Shown: positions 1 to 13,872, counted from the whole stretch's first letter. The stretch is DNA of 63,805 nt, filler included, from Octopus bimaculoides (GCF_001194135.2; 4 parts of 4 records of this genome joined end to end with filler, not necessarily neighbours in it), one strand, 5' to 3'. Made by a program: numbers and translations. The notes: generated from the sequence alone by a model not told the origin.

Positions 1-326
1 GTTGTTGTTGTCTCATCCATTTCAATTTGTTGCTGAAGTGTTTGTTACAGGCTTGCACACACTCACATGCTCATACCAAACAGTTTCGAAACAACGCCAA
101 AACAACGCCAGATCATATATTCAAAATAAATGGAAATGGAGAGACAAGTTACTGAAGAGATTGCAAGAGTGCAATGAAATAATTTAACAAGAAACTATAT
201 AAATTAATAAAGGACTGAACCAGTGCGTGTGTTTATTACCGGCATAATGCCTCTCCCAAGGTTTAATTGTATTTCTTTCAACACACGTATCCACATCAAG
301 AATCTTGCACACGAAATACACATACG

Positions 327-360
<34 letters not shown>

Positions 361-839
361 GCACAAAATCTAAGAAAAGAATGGAAAAAAGGTAATGAAT
401 GAAGAAAAAGAAAAAGAAATTAATAAATAACAATTTCTATATGGATGCACAACGAAAGAGTAAATGTATTTTTCAGTTAAAAAGCCAGTAACAAGCTGCG
501 TTCTGAAAGGAAAATATTCACCAGGAACAGCGGCGTTGCTTTCTGAGCAGCAGATAAGAGGTTTTACTGCGAATTGTTGTTACTGTTGCTGTTGTTGATG
601 TTGCTGTTGTTGTTGTGAAAAGAGAGAAACGTCAGGTAAACTTATTATCATGAAATGGCATGCAGCTGATTAGTTAGCTGAGCTGGTTAGTTTGGTTCAA
701 GATAGGTGTAACATTTGATATAACCGAAAGAACAACTGTCTGAAGATAAGATCCTTTTATAATCCTAATGATAAAACACAAAAAAGGTGGTGGGAGAAAA
801 AATAATCTATGCAAGGATGAGGATCGGGTGGGAAGTAAC

Positions 840-931
<92 letters not shown>

Positions 932-2018
932 AATAGAGAGAGAGAGAGAGAGAGCGAGAGAGATTCCCTCAAGGAATAACCCGAATCAAATGAGATATTA
1001 ACTATTCGAAGTCAGAGAGGTAGAGACCAACGTTAACCCATTAAGTCTCATTGTCCTATAAATAGGACACTAAATGAGAACATTAAATAAACTATATCAC
1101 AGTGTCCTATTTATAGGACATACTAGACTAGAAACAAGGCATAGCAGTCCGAAGATTGGTCTTACAATACGACGATATCCCACAGCGATACTAACATTTG
1201 GTATACTCGATCAGTCTATAGAGGAAATCTGTTCCATAGACATTAATTCCACCTCCTCACCTCAAGATTTCTGTTAATCACTGCAAACCTCTACAGAAAT
1301 ATTGATACTGACCGATTCTGTCTCAAAAGAGGAAGTGAGAGGAAGAGGTTTAAGATCAGTGCAGGCAGCTTGTCGTCTGGTGTCATCCACACTGCATCTG
1401 CTAAACAATGGCAGCGATAAATAAAATAAAATAAGTAAATAATAAATACACCAACCAAGTGGTCAAAAAAACGAAGTGAATAACATGTTGTGAGTCGGTA
1501 ATAAATTCACCATGAACCGTTCACTTCCTGATGGCCTCCCAAATTCAAAAGTCAAATATCAAGACATCAAATATGAATTCCAAAATGCAGTGTTAGAAGC
1601 ACGCAAAACAAAATGGATTGTGCAGCAGCTTTTGATGTCCAGTGTTCACTTGGATGCGCTGCAGTGCATAATATTTACCGTTATTGCAGTTTAGCCCATG
1701 CTGGCTTTGGTATGGAATGTTCCTTCATAGGGCTGAGACATTAGCATGAATTCTGCAGTGTCTAAGCGCAACTCGGTGCAGAATTTAAGTGCTCGGAAGT
1801 GCAATACGGTGCAGCATAATAAAATCTGAATACAGCACAACAGAACATAATTATTATACAAAATAATCTAATCTAATCGTCATGCAATATAATACAATAC
1901 AAATCAACAACAGAGTGACATTCGTACGGTAATGATCCTGATACCAAAGGCGAATTATCGAATGCAAGCAAAATCTAAAGTGCAAAGCACAACATTCGTG
2001 AGATTCACAAACACCTTC

Positions 2019-2087
<69 letters not shown>

Positions 2088-2519
2088 NNNNNNNNNNNNN
2101 NNNNNNNNNNNNNNNNNNNNNNNNNNNNNNNNNNNNNNNNNNNNNNNNNNNNNNNNNNNNNNNNNNNNNNNNNNNNNNNNNNNNNNNNNNNNNNNNNNNN
2201 NNNNNNNNNNNNNNNNNNNNNNNNNNNNNNNNNNNNNNNNNNNNNNNNNNNNNNNNNNNNNNNNNNNNNNNNNNNNNNNNNNNNNNNNNNNNNNNNNNNN
2301 NNNNNNNNNNNNNNNNNNNNNNNNNNNNNNNNNNNNNNNNNNNNNNNNNNNNNNNNNNNNNNNNNNNNNNNNNNNNNNNNNNNNNNNNNNNNNNNNNNNN
2401 NNNNNNNNNNNNNNNNNNNNNNNNNNNNNNNNNNNNNNNNNNNNNNNNNNNNNNNNNNNNNNNNNNNNNNNNNNNNNNNNNNNNNNNNNNNNNNNNNNNN
2501 NNNNNNNNNNNNNNNNNNN

Positions 2520-2559
<40 letters not shown>

Positions 2560-3134
2560 GGAGTAAGCACATGAAATGTGCAACAATATATATATAGATC
2601 GGACTGATGATGATGGTGGTGGTGTATGTTTATTTCAGTGTGTTCTTGGAGTCACCACCATCATCCTCCTCCTTATCTTCATCATCATAAAGATCATCGT
2701 CATAAAAATAGTGGCGGTGATGGTGGTGGTGATGATGATGATGTTGCCGACGACAATGAAGATGATGATGATGATAATATTGATTGATGTTGATAACAAA
2801 ATATACATGCAATGTATGAAAGAAAAATAAATCCGTTGGATCGATATGAATAACCGAAGATAAGTTTTTGAAAAAAAAAAAGAAAAGAAAAGAAAATGGC
2901 GACTGCACTATGAAAGGGAAAAATGTCGATAAGTTTAATCAGGCAGAAAGTGAGACACTGACTTATTAAACCTTCTGATCATTTAGTTGCTGTTGTTGTT
3001 ATTGTAGTACACGTTGTTGTTGTTGTTGTTGATGATGGTGGTGGTGGTGGTGATGTTGTTTGTGCTGTTGGTATTATGCTAGTGGTGGCAGCGGTGATAC
3101 GAAGTTCGTATCTAATATAAGCACACACACACAC

Positions 3135-3168
<34 letters not shown>

Positions 3169-3907
3169 GTATGCGTGTATATATATATGTATATATACTG
3201 TATATATATATGTATATATACTGTATATATATATGTATATATACTGTATATATANNNNNNNNNNNNNNNNNNNNNNNNNNNNNNNNNNNNNNNNNNNNNN
3301 NNNNNNNNNNNNNNNNNNNNNNNNNNNNNNNNNNNNNNNNNNNNNNNNNNNNNNNNNNNNNNNNNNNNNNNNNNNNNNNNNNNNNNNNNNNNNNNNNNNN
3401 NNNNNNNNNNNNNNNNNNNNNNNNNNNNNNNNNNNNNNNNNNNNNNNNNNNNNNNNNNNNNNNNNNNNNNNNNNNNNNNNNNNNNNNNNNNNNNNNNNNN
3501 NNNNNNNNNNNNNNNNNNNNNNNNNNNNNNNNNNNNNNNNNNNNNNNNNNNNNNNNNNNNNNNNNNNNNNNNNNNNNNNNNNNNNNNNNNNNNNNNNNNN
3601 NNNNNNNNNNNNNNNNNNNNNNNNNNNNNNNNNNNNNNNNNNNNNNNNNNNNNNNNNNNNNNNNNNNNNNNNNNNNNNNNNNNNNNNNNNNNNNNNNNNN
3701 NNNNNNNNNNNNNNNNNNNNNNNNNNNNNNNNNNNNNNNNNNNNNNNNNNNNNNNNNNNNNNNNNNNNNNNNNNNNNNNNNNNNNNNNNNNNNNNNNNNN
3801 NNNNNNNNNNNNNNNNNNNNNNNNNNNNNNNNNNNNNNNNNNNNNNNNNNNNNNNNNNNNNNNNNNNNNNNNNNNNNNNNNNNNNNNNNNNNNNNNNNNN
3901 NNNNNNN

Positions 3908-3970
<63 letters not shown>

Positions 3971-4483
3971 ATTGAAAAAATAATGTACTTAACTGGCAGA
4001 TTATACATTTAGCGAAGAGAATATAAAAATAATAGATGGAGAATATAAAGCAAAAAGTGACAGAGGATAAAGATAGATATTTAGAAAGGAAAAAATATAT
4101 TCGTTGCACACATTTTCCAGTTTGTCTTGTTAGAAATATTTTTCTTTTTCTTTTTGTGGCGTAATGTTTATCATTCTCACTTCCGAATCCATCGATCTGA
4201 GTTCAGATCTTGATCAATCTAATAACGGAATTTGCTTTTCGCACGAATTTGTGGTTCAGCATTGAGTTCGTCCTGATTGAACAGATTCATGACTAAGTCG
4301 TGATTGCTACTTTCCGAGTCATGATTATTGCATTTGTTGTCTTTAAATTCATAGCTTTTGCAGGAAGACTATATCTTTCGTACGAATGTTTCTTTGCTTG
4401 TTTAAGGTAGTAAGGTGTGATTTGAGGGTGATTTAGCTGCTAGTTCTAATTGATCAAGTAGAAGTGGTTATTTTTTTAAATTT

Positions 4484-4714
4484 GAGTAAAACGTACAATT
4501 TGATTGAGACATGTACAATTTGAGTGAAACATGTACAATTTGAGTGAAACGTACAATTTGATTGAGACATGTACAATTTGAGTGAAACATGTACAATTTG
4601 ATTGAGACATGTACAATTTGAGTGAAACATGTACAATTTGAGTGAAACATGTACAATTTGATTGAGACATGTACAATTTGAGTGAAACATGTACAATTTG
4701 AGTGAAACATGTAC
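4484..4714. repeat. 20-bp minisatellite running into a gap
   Basis: Units GTACAATTTGAGTGAAACAT and GTACAATTTGATTGAGACAT, about 11 visible copies. Confidence 0.95.
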
Positions 4715-5677
4715 NNNNNNNNNNNNNNNNNNNNNNNNNNNNNNNNNNNNNNNNNNNNNNNNNNNNNNNNNNNNNNNNNNNNNNNNNNNNNNNNNNNNNN
4801 NNNNNNNNNNNNNNNNNNNNNNNNNNNNNNNNNNNNNNNNNNNNNNNNNNNNNNNNNNNNNNNNNNNNNNNNNNNNNNNNNNNNNNNNNNNNNNNNNNNN
4901 NNNNNNNNNNNNNNNNNNNNNNNNNNNNNNNNNNNNNNNNNNNNNNNNNNNNNNNNNNNNNNNNNNNNNNNNNNNNNNNNNNNNNNNNNNNNNNNNNNNN
5001 NNNNNNNNNNNNNNNNNNNNNNNNNNNNNNNNNNNNNNNNNNNNNNNNNNNNNNNNNNNNNNNNNNNNNNNNNNNNNNNNNNNNNNNNNNNNNNNNNNNN
5101 NNNNNNNNNNNNNNNNNNNNNNNNNNNNNNNNNNNNNNNNNNNNNNNNNNNNNNNNNNNNNNNNNNNNNNNNNNNNNNNNNNNNNNNNNNNNNNNNNNNN
5201 NNNNNNNNNNNNNNNNNNNNNNNNNNNNNNNNNNNNNNNNNNNNNNNNNNNNNNNNNNNNNNNNNNNNNNNNNNNNNNNNNNNNNNNNNNNNNNNNNNNN
5301 NNNNNNNNNNNNNNNNNNNNNNNNNNNNNNNNNNNNNNNNNNNNNNNNNNNNNNNNNNNNNNNNNNNNNNNNNNNNNNNNNNNNNNNNNNNNNNNNNNNN
5401 NNNNNNNNNNNNNNNNNNNNNNNNNNNNNNNNNNNNNNNNNNNNNNNNNNNNNAAGTCAAACCAAATAGTGATATTTTGAAATCATTTAATATGTCTGTT
5501 TAGTGTGGATTAGTAATATCAGAGTAAGGGCTCCCAGCTCCCGAGGTCAAAAACACTTTCTGTTTGCCTCATCTTTGAAATGATTTCATTGTTTGTTACG
5601 CGATTCATTATCTATTTAATGACAATAACAATAAATTAATTACCGCCTTACATAGGTATAACATAAAGTCACACTCT

Positions 5678-5712
<35 letters not shown>

Positions 5713-6372
5713 CATGGAAAAATGCGAGCAAGAGAAATAATATTCTTAAGATTATAAACCTGGGAAATTACAAGACAAGTTATTACAGTTGAAAAAGTTC
5801 AGGAAAGCTTATTACAAGTGGTAATCAGAAAAAACAAACAAACAATTTAAATAAAAGGGGAATGGTTGGCTTGTGTTGATATAGTATTTGTTATTGTTAT
5901 TTTCAGATACTTATGCTATTGATGTGGTAATGTACTTTCCCTCCTCCTCCTCCCCTTCTTCTTCATTCCCCCCACCCAATTTCTCCCTGTATCTGTAGAC
6001 TTCTCCAGACCCTTCACAAAAGTATGTTTGGAGGAAAAACTGTGTGTTTGTTGAAACACCGATTTTTTTTTTCTCTATGTCTTTTTTGCTTGTATTCAGC
6101 GCAGCTTGAAGGAATGTCTGATAAAACATATTCACTAGATGTGGTGGCAAACGAAAGCAGAAACGAAAGAAAGTAACGAAAAGGGGGTTTAAAAAATGGA
6201 AGAAAATAAAGTGCAAAAATAAATAAATAAATAAAGAGAAATAAACAGAAAGAGGAAATAGAAACGGGAGGCTGAGTATTGAAAATAAATAAAAAGAATT
6301 TTAAATCAAATTATAGTGGCTGTCAAGCTTCATTTCACCTAGTTATTAACTAAAAGAAATTCATAGCTTTAA

Positions 6373-6442
<70 letters not shown>

Positions 6443-6443
<1 letters not shown>

Positions 6444-6779
6444 GTGTCATAGGTGCCCTAGGAATGATCGCAAAAGGGGCTGATTGCTACCTAGCTCAGA
6501 TACCAGGAAACCCCAATATGGCTGAAGTTCAAAAGATAGTGCTCATGGGAACTGCCCATATCCTACGTAAAATACTGTCTATGTAATCTCAAATTTTAAA
6601 ACAAACACACAATTTTCGTATGTTTTCTTAAACATTCTCTGGAACAACACTACGTACAAATCCAAATATATGGCACCCTAGACATAATACCAACTTGGAC
6701 TTCTAACTTGTTGTCTCTTGAGGTCTCTGGGTGAGACTTGGAGCCAACTTGTACAAAGGCAAAACAAAAGTCAAACATA

Positions 6780-6780
<1 letters not shown>
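6443..6780 (+). mobile_element. 5'-truncated R4/Dong-like non-LTR retrotransposon (ORF C-terminus plus 3' UTR)
   Basis: Encodes VIGALGMIAKGADCYLAQIPGNPNMAEVQKIVLMGTAHILRKILSM* (stop ends 6586), the typical end of R4/Dong-type restriction-like endonuclease ORFs. Flanked by (TAA)n on both sides. Confidence 0.8.
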
Positions 6781-6860
<80 letters not shown>

Positions 6861-6867
6861 AAGTAAA

Positions 6868-6928
<61 letters not shown>

Positions 6929-7259
6929 TGCCCATAGGGGGCTAAACACAGAGGGGATAAACAAGTACAGACAAGGGGATTAAGTCATTTACATCGACTC
7001 CAGTGATTAACTGGTACTTATTTAATCGACCCCGAAATAATGAAAGGCAAAGTCGACCTCGGCGGAATTCGAACTCAGAACGTAACGGAAGACGAAATAC
7101 CGCAAAGCATTTCGCCGGGCGTGCTAACGTTTCTGCCAGCTCGGAATTTGAACTCAGAAGTTAAAGGGCTGTAACTAAATGCCGTCAGATATTTTGTCTG
7201 ATTCTCTAACAACTGTACCAACGCTTACAAAATAAAGGTTGAAGCGAATGACGATTCCG

Positions 7260-8200
7260 ATGGGAAAGGAAAAATAGCAAAAGAAATTATGGAATAAAAA
7301 CCACACTAAACAGCTCTGCTAAAATTTGGGATACAGAATGCTTCGGTAAAACGACGGCAAGAAAATCCTCTTAGATGGCATGGACACCACGAAGTGTGGT
7401 GGGGGGGGGGAGAAATACTAATTACGATGGAAATAGACAAATAAAAACTGCAACACAGACTGAGGACTGAGGACTCGGGGGTGAGACCGACAAATTCACG
7501 ATTGTAGCAGAGGATGAAAATGTTTCCACCAGAATTCATCAAAGACCTGTAATAACAAGTATGCATTAAGTAACTACAGAATGGATAGAGGGTGATTAGT
7601 AGGAAGGAAAAATAAACCATTCTGTCTCTAGCTACTGAGTAATGATAACCAAGAAAGAATACATTTACGAGCATGTCAGGGTTGGGGGGTTTTCATACAT
7701 TGGGAATTATGCCAGCTTTATGTTAATAAAATACCAACAGAAAAGAGGTGGTCTAAACTTACAGCAGTGAGTGACAAAACGAGCGGAAATGATCATGCCC
7801 TAGGCTATAGTAGGATATAAAAACAAGAAGATCAAGGTTAATAAGTTGGTTATTGTTATTTAGGAGAACGAGGAAAGAAAGTACCACTTAATTCAAGTAT
7901 CAGTCCTAGCAGACGATAATATGCCATTGAAAGAAATAGAGAAATTGTCTAAACTTTTAGATGTGGAAATAGAGATGTGATGACTGTAAACAGAAATGAT
8001 TCCTATAATAATGTGTGGTTTGGAACGTTTAAAAACATGCAACACATATAAACTAGCATTTTGAGCCACTGGTTAGATATTACGTAAAGTAATTTTGGTA
8101 CAAAAGAAGATACAAAACCAAAATAAAACGCTGCATGTATCCAAGGGCCAGAGTGCCAATGTAAACGGGCAATAAAATACAGAATAATATGATAATAATG
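7260..8200 (+). mobile_element. Heavily degraded R4/Dong-like LINE 3' part
   Basis: Broken frames retain IQVSVLADDNMPLKEIEKLSK..DVEIE and ..ILRKV; many stops and frameshifts. Confidence 0.6.
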
Positions 8201-8389
8201 AANNNNNNNNNNNNNNNNNNNNNNNNNNNNNNNNNNNNNNNNNNNNNNNNNNNNNNNNNNNNNNNNNNNNNNNNNNNNNNNNNNNNNNNNNNNNNNNNNN
8301 NNNNNNNNNNNNNNNNNNNNNNNNNNNNNNNNNNNNNNNNNNNNNNNNNNNNNNNNNNNNNNCCCCCCCAAAAAAGCAAATCTAAATAC

Positions 8390-8655
8390 CAGAAACCTTT
8401 GCCACCTTAAAATCACATGTCTATGGTTTGCTTGTCAACAACATGTAAAGCCCTTACATCCATACTCCACGACAGGCGGCTCACTCACATGGACAGCGCT
8501 AACCAAATATGAACATTTCTTTTGGCCAAATTCCATGCCTATATCAGCTGAAAATGTTATTAATTCCAGTTGTTTTTTTGGCATTGTTAACACTTTTAGC
8601 ATAAATCTTCAGGTCGTCTACAAAGAAATTATGAGTTCTATTGATATTTCTAGCG
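8390..8655 (-). mobile_element. LINE reverse transcriptase core fragment (R4/Dong-like)
   Basis: Reverse strand reads THNFFVDDLKIYAKSVNNAK, then with a frameshift QLELITFSADIGMEFGQ: the catalytic (F/Y)xDD box and DIGMEFG motif. Confidence 0.75.
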
Positions 8656-8757
8656 GTTGAAAATCCTAGCACGTAACCATTTGTTTTCTGCGGTAGGAAC
8701 GATAATGGATTCATGTGTATGTATGTATGTATGTATGTATGTATCTCTCTCCCTCAG

Positions 8758-8804
<47 letters not shown>

Positions 8805-8884
8805 CTATCTGTATATATAAATATACATACATATTTATATACATATATATGTATCTATATGTGTGCGTGTATATATATATATAT

Positions 8885-8930
<46 letters not shown>

Positions 8931-9083
8931 ATATATGTATATAAAACATAAATGTGCAATAGAAAACCACCCAGAGGGCAGTGTATCTTCTGGTTTATCA
9001 ATAGCTTCCGGAACTTGCATTTCTTCCTTCGGCATTATTACTCCTAACAACTGTAACAGTGCTACTACCACTACTACTACTAT

Positions 9084-9142
<59 letters not shown>

Positions 9143-9842
9143 TCTTATCTCCTCTCTGCACTGCTCTGTTTCCCCTTTCGGCAACTCGTATATTCAGATT
9201 TTTCTAACATATTTTCATTTTAATCTGTTGTTGTTGTTGTTGTTGTCGTATATTCATTACTATTATCATTGTTGTTGTTGTTCTGATTATTGCTTCTCTT
9301 TTTTTATTTTTTGTCTTTACACATTTCAGCATTTAACCACAGATTGCTTTATCCTCCACACTCCCCCCTCTTACTTTGCTTTCAGTTCTTCGGCTTTTTC
9401 TATCTTTTTTAGCATGAATAAAACATGACAATGATGATGATGACGATGATGAATATCATCATCATCATCATCATCATCATCATCGTCGTCGTCGTCATCG
9501 GTTGTGCATATAAGAAGGAATGATGTGTATGTTAGTGCAGTGTATGTGTACAGAACAGTCATTTTCTAACACTTCGCCTTTCCGCTTTCGTCAGCATCTC
9601 CCTTTCCCGGCTTTCGTTTCTCATTCACACTCGCCCTCTGCTTCTCCTTTTCTTTCTTTCTTCTAATAAAGGTTTAAGGCCCGAAACATTAAGACACTCT
9701 CTTTGCCGACTGAAGAGTTAAACTTATAACATATTTATCAAAACTTGGTTCTTTCTGTCGTGTTATTCTTAATATCTGTTGTTTTACTACATATGTGTGT
9801 GTGTGTGTATATGTATATTTATCTATATGTTTGCATATCTGC

Positions 9843-9873
<31 letters not shown>

Positions 9874-10454
9874 TGTATGTATGTATGTATGTATTTATGT
9901 ATGTGTGTGTGTGTGTGTGTGTNNNNNNNNNNNNNNNNNNNNNNNNNNNNNNNNNNNNNNNNNNNNNNNNNNNNNNNNNNNNNNNNNNNNNNNNNNNNNN
10001 NNNNNNNNNNNNNNNNNNNNNNNNNNNNNNNNNNNNNNNNNNNNNNNNNNNNNNNNNNNNNNNNNNNNNNNNNNNNNNNNNNNNNNNNNNNNNNNNNNNN
10101 NNNNNNNNNNNNNNNNNNNNNNNNNNNNNNNNNNNNNNNNNNNNNNNNNNNNNNNNNNNNNNNNNNNNNNNNNNNNNNNNNNNNNNNNNNNNNNNNNNNN
10201 NNNNNNNNNNNNNNNNNNNNNNNNNNNNNNNNNNNNNNNNNNNNNNNNNNNNNNNNNNNNNNNNNNNNNNNNNNNNNNNNNNNNNNNNNNNNNNNNNNNN
10301 NNNNNNNNNNNNNNNNNNNNNNNNNNNNNNNNNNNNNNNNNNNNNNNNNNNNNNNNNNNNNNNNNNNNNNNNNNNNNNNNNNNNNNNNNNNNNNNNNNNN
10401 NNNNNNNNNNNNNNNNNNNNNNNNNNNNNNNNNNNNNNNNNNNNNNNNNNNNNN

Positions 10455-10506
<52 letters not shown>

Positions 10507-10970
10507 GCACACACACACACATACATACAGTCTTTCTTCTCTTTCGTTCTTTCTTTAGAAACAGGATGTCCCGAAGTGATGGGTATAGATATGTATGTAT
10601 GTATGTATGTAAGTGTGAGTGTACGTGTGCGTGTGCGTGCGGACGTCTGTACGTTATAACGAAATAAAACTAAATGGGGGAACGAGAAAATGAAAAGGCA
10701 TCACACACACACACACACACAAACACACATACACACCTCCATGTGGCCGTACACACAGGTGGCGGGCCAGATAGAAAGGATTGACTGTAGGCTGTAATTT
10801 AGATGTCGGTGGTAGAATGACAATATGGTTGACGTAGGGGACAAAAGGTGTCAATGGTGCTACCCTACTTTTCAATTGTTAACAAAAGAATAACATCAAG
10901 TCTGTTAAAAGGTTTCTCATAGTTCATCGCTAGTTTCCCTCATCTAATGATGACGATAGCAACAACAACA

Positions 10971-11012
<42 letters not shown>

Positions 11013-12906
11013 GCTGCTGCTGCTGTTGCTGCTGCAGCAGCTGCAGCTGGTGGTGGTGGTGGTGGTGGTGGTGATGGTGGTGGTATACATTTCTTAATTA
11101 AATCTGTTATTTATAATGCACGTATGTATGTTTAAATACGTTCGTATAATATATATATATATTTGTATATATAATGAACGCATATATAAATCCATGTATA
11201 TCCCACATAGATGCATGCACGTGTATAAAAATATATATTCATACATACACATGCTCATATTTCGTATAATCGTATACACACATAACTTATATGCATTACT
11301 CAGGCACAAGCATACACACGCGCATTCATATATATATATATATATATATNNNNNNNNNNTATATAGGTGTGTGTACGTGTGTGTGTACATATGTGCATAT
11401 ACGGATTATGCCTGATTGCGTGTGTGTTTGTATGTATATGTTTAGAATCACGTGTGTAGTTATGACAAGTGACATATTAACCTTACATGGCGTCCCTTTG
11501 ATCATTTCATTAAATTGAAATATTATTGAACAAGCTATTTAGAAAGAGAGAACGCCATCCTCTCTCTCTCACTCCAGCTACGATCAAAGCAAGGGGACAT
11601 AATGGCTGCAGTGTATGTATGTATGTATGGGTGAATGGATGGATGGAGAGATGGATATGTGTGCGCGCGTGTGTGAATATATATGTGTGTGTGTGTGTAC
11701 AGATAGATAGATAGATACACACAAATACGCTTAAGCACACGTTCATATACACACACATGAACAAAAACATTAAAAAGATGCTGGAAAATAGACGCCCATG
11801 GCCAAAATTAACTATGGAGAGAAAATAAAGCCATAATTCTTAAATCAGATAAGAAAATGCAAAACTTAGCCAATGCAAAGCATCGACGTAAAAGCCGACA
11901 AAGAGAACTTTACAGAAACGCAAAGTGGAAGCTTATATGTCTTGTTAAGTATGAGATTAGAAAACACGTACAAATTGTATTAATCATAAGATTTGAAGAA
12001 CTAAAGGATTAGGAGAGTGAAATAGCATTAACACAGCAGCGAACCGGTTTAGGAATATTAACAATAAAAATAGATGCAAATCCTGTGAATTCGATATTGT
12101 CGAATTCTACCCGAGTCCCTTCTCACGAGGATCTTGGAAATTGAGATAACAATTTGTAATATCAATAATAGCAATGACAGCATAACCAGAAACCAGAAAG
12201 TCTCCATGTTTCCACAAAGACTCTGATTGGATGAAAGACACAAAGGAGCCATTTGATATTATTATTTGCAGCTTCGAGAAAACAGAGCCCCGCACTCTTG
12301 TCGGAATATTCAACCTGGATAAGCTTCAAACTAGGTTTCGTATACCAGTCACAAGGTGATGAGGGTCAAGCTATTAATAACGACATTGAAGAACCTAATG
12401 CAAATAAAGACAAGAAATATCTGAGTAGTGCCTCAAAGAAGAAGAAGAAGAAGAAGAAGAAGAAGATGATCCTCCACCCCGTCCAAAAGGATCTCCCTTT
12501 ACGCCCACGCACAAACAAAATACCCTGTGACCCACTTGACCTCTTGCCTATTTCACGAGTTATAAAAGTATTGAAAATATTTTTGGCTTCATTCACCAAT
12601 GTTCTATTTGTTTATTTACTTATTTATTTTGTTTTTGATTTATTTAGTTCTTTTGTTCCAATTCCGATTCCCCCGCCGTTTTCTTTTCATGTTTCTCACG
12701 TCATCTGATAGCATAGTTACCATGCCAAATCGCCGTCTTGACAGTCTTTCTGCCAAAATACTGGAACTAGCAGATTCTGGAATGTTCTCTGATAAATATA
12801 AATAAACAAAAGCAAAGAAAAGACACATAAAACCAACAAAAAAAAAACAGTAGAAGAAAGCTGTATGCAGTTATGAAAGGAAGGCAAAATAGAGAATTAT
12901 AAGAAA

Positions 12907-12940
<34 letters not shown>

Positions 12941-13832
12941 AGAGGGAGAGAGAAAGAGAGAAAGAGAGAAGGGGAGAAGGGGAGAGAAAGATGTTTTGGA
13001 GCAGTGAAAGTGGGAAAGAGAGAGAAAGAGAGTGAAATATAAGGAGAAAGCGAGAAAAACAAGGAGAGAAAGAGAATAAGTGGGAATGAGTGCATTTTGT
13101 CCGACGCACTGACACTGCCGCCAACTCGTTGCCTTTCAGTAATTTAATATTTTTCTCCACTCTCACCTTCTTCATGTTGTACTTGAAGCCGCCAATGAAG
13201 AATAACCAGGAATCCAAATTCTTGTCTTCAGTACTTTAAAGCAATACCCTCTTCGTCAGCGGAACCAATTTTATAGAAATATAAAATTTCCACAGCAAAG
13301 GAAGGTTGCGCGGTGGCGCTCACGGTGGGATCGGCATCATACAGCTGGATTTGTCTGATATGCGATTACTGCAATCTGACATGCGCAAAGGTCGATATCT
13401 TCATTTCCAGTGAATCTCAACGTAAAGAGTCAGAACAAATACCGTGAGGCATTTTGTCCGATGCTTTAACGATTCCGCCGATCGATTGCCCTTAAAAAAA
13501 AAACCCGTGAGCACGTCGAAGGATGAAGTTGACCTCGGCAGGATTTGAACTCAGAGAACCAGAACAAATACTGAAAATGATTCTTTCCGTAACAAACCTG
13601 CCAATTCAGTGTCTTTTGTTTGACATTTGGGTGAGTGAGTTAGCCAATAAAATAGATTATCAGTACTTCACTAGTAATATATTTTATCGACCCCGGAGGG
13701 ATGAAACTCAATGCTGATCTCATTTGGATTTGAACCTGGATTGTAAAGAGCCGGAACAGCACATTCCACAGAATTTTGCTCGATAAAGGTCGTTACACGT
13801 CTCATTTATTCCTCACCTGTTATATTCCTTAC

Positions 13833-13872
13833 CTGTTGAGAGTAACGAGACGTCAGGCTGTACTGCATGGTT
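13833..13872 (-). other. Candidate small exon with tandem donors
   Basis: GCTTATTCTTTCATAG acceptor; donors CAG|GTAAGG (exon end 13833) and CAG|GTGAGG (exon end 13817). Confidence 0.45.

Noticed and set aside
4484-4714. Possible CRISPR-like array
   Set aside because: No unique spacers, no cas genes, eukaryotic context; a simple minisatellite.
1932-5503. Long ORFs of 180-380 aa in the track, also at 9.7-10.6, 25.8-27, 29.5-30.2, 50.4-51.6, 56.4-57.6, 58.5-59.2 and 62.5-63 kb
   Set aside because: They are open only because they cross N gaps and dinucleotide repeats.
8960-9051. Minus-strand LLGVIMPKEEMQVPEAIDKPEDTLPSG as a further exon of the 12-15 kb candidate
   Set aside because: Phase fits, but the acceptor sits in (GTA)n with no pyrimidine tract and there is no credible donor.
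12722-12805. Plus-strand MPNRRLDSLSAKILELADSGMFSDKYK* resembling an ionotropic glutamate receptor S2 helix
   Set aside because: Similarity is short, ends in a stop before the conserved WW, and no other iGluR exon was found.
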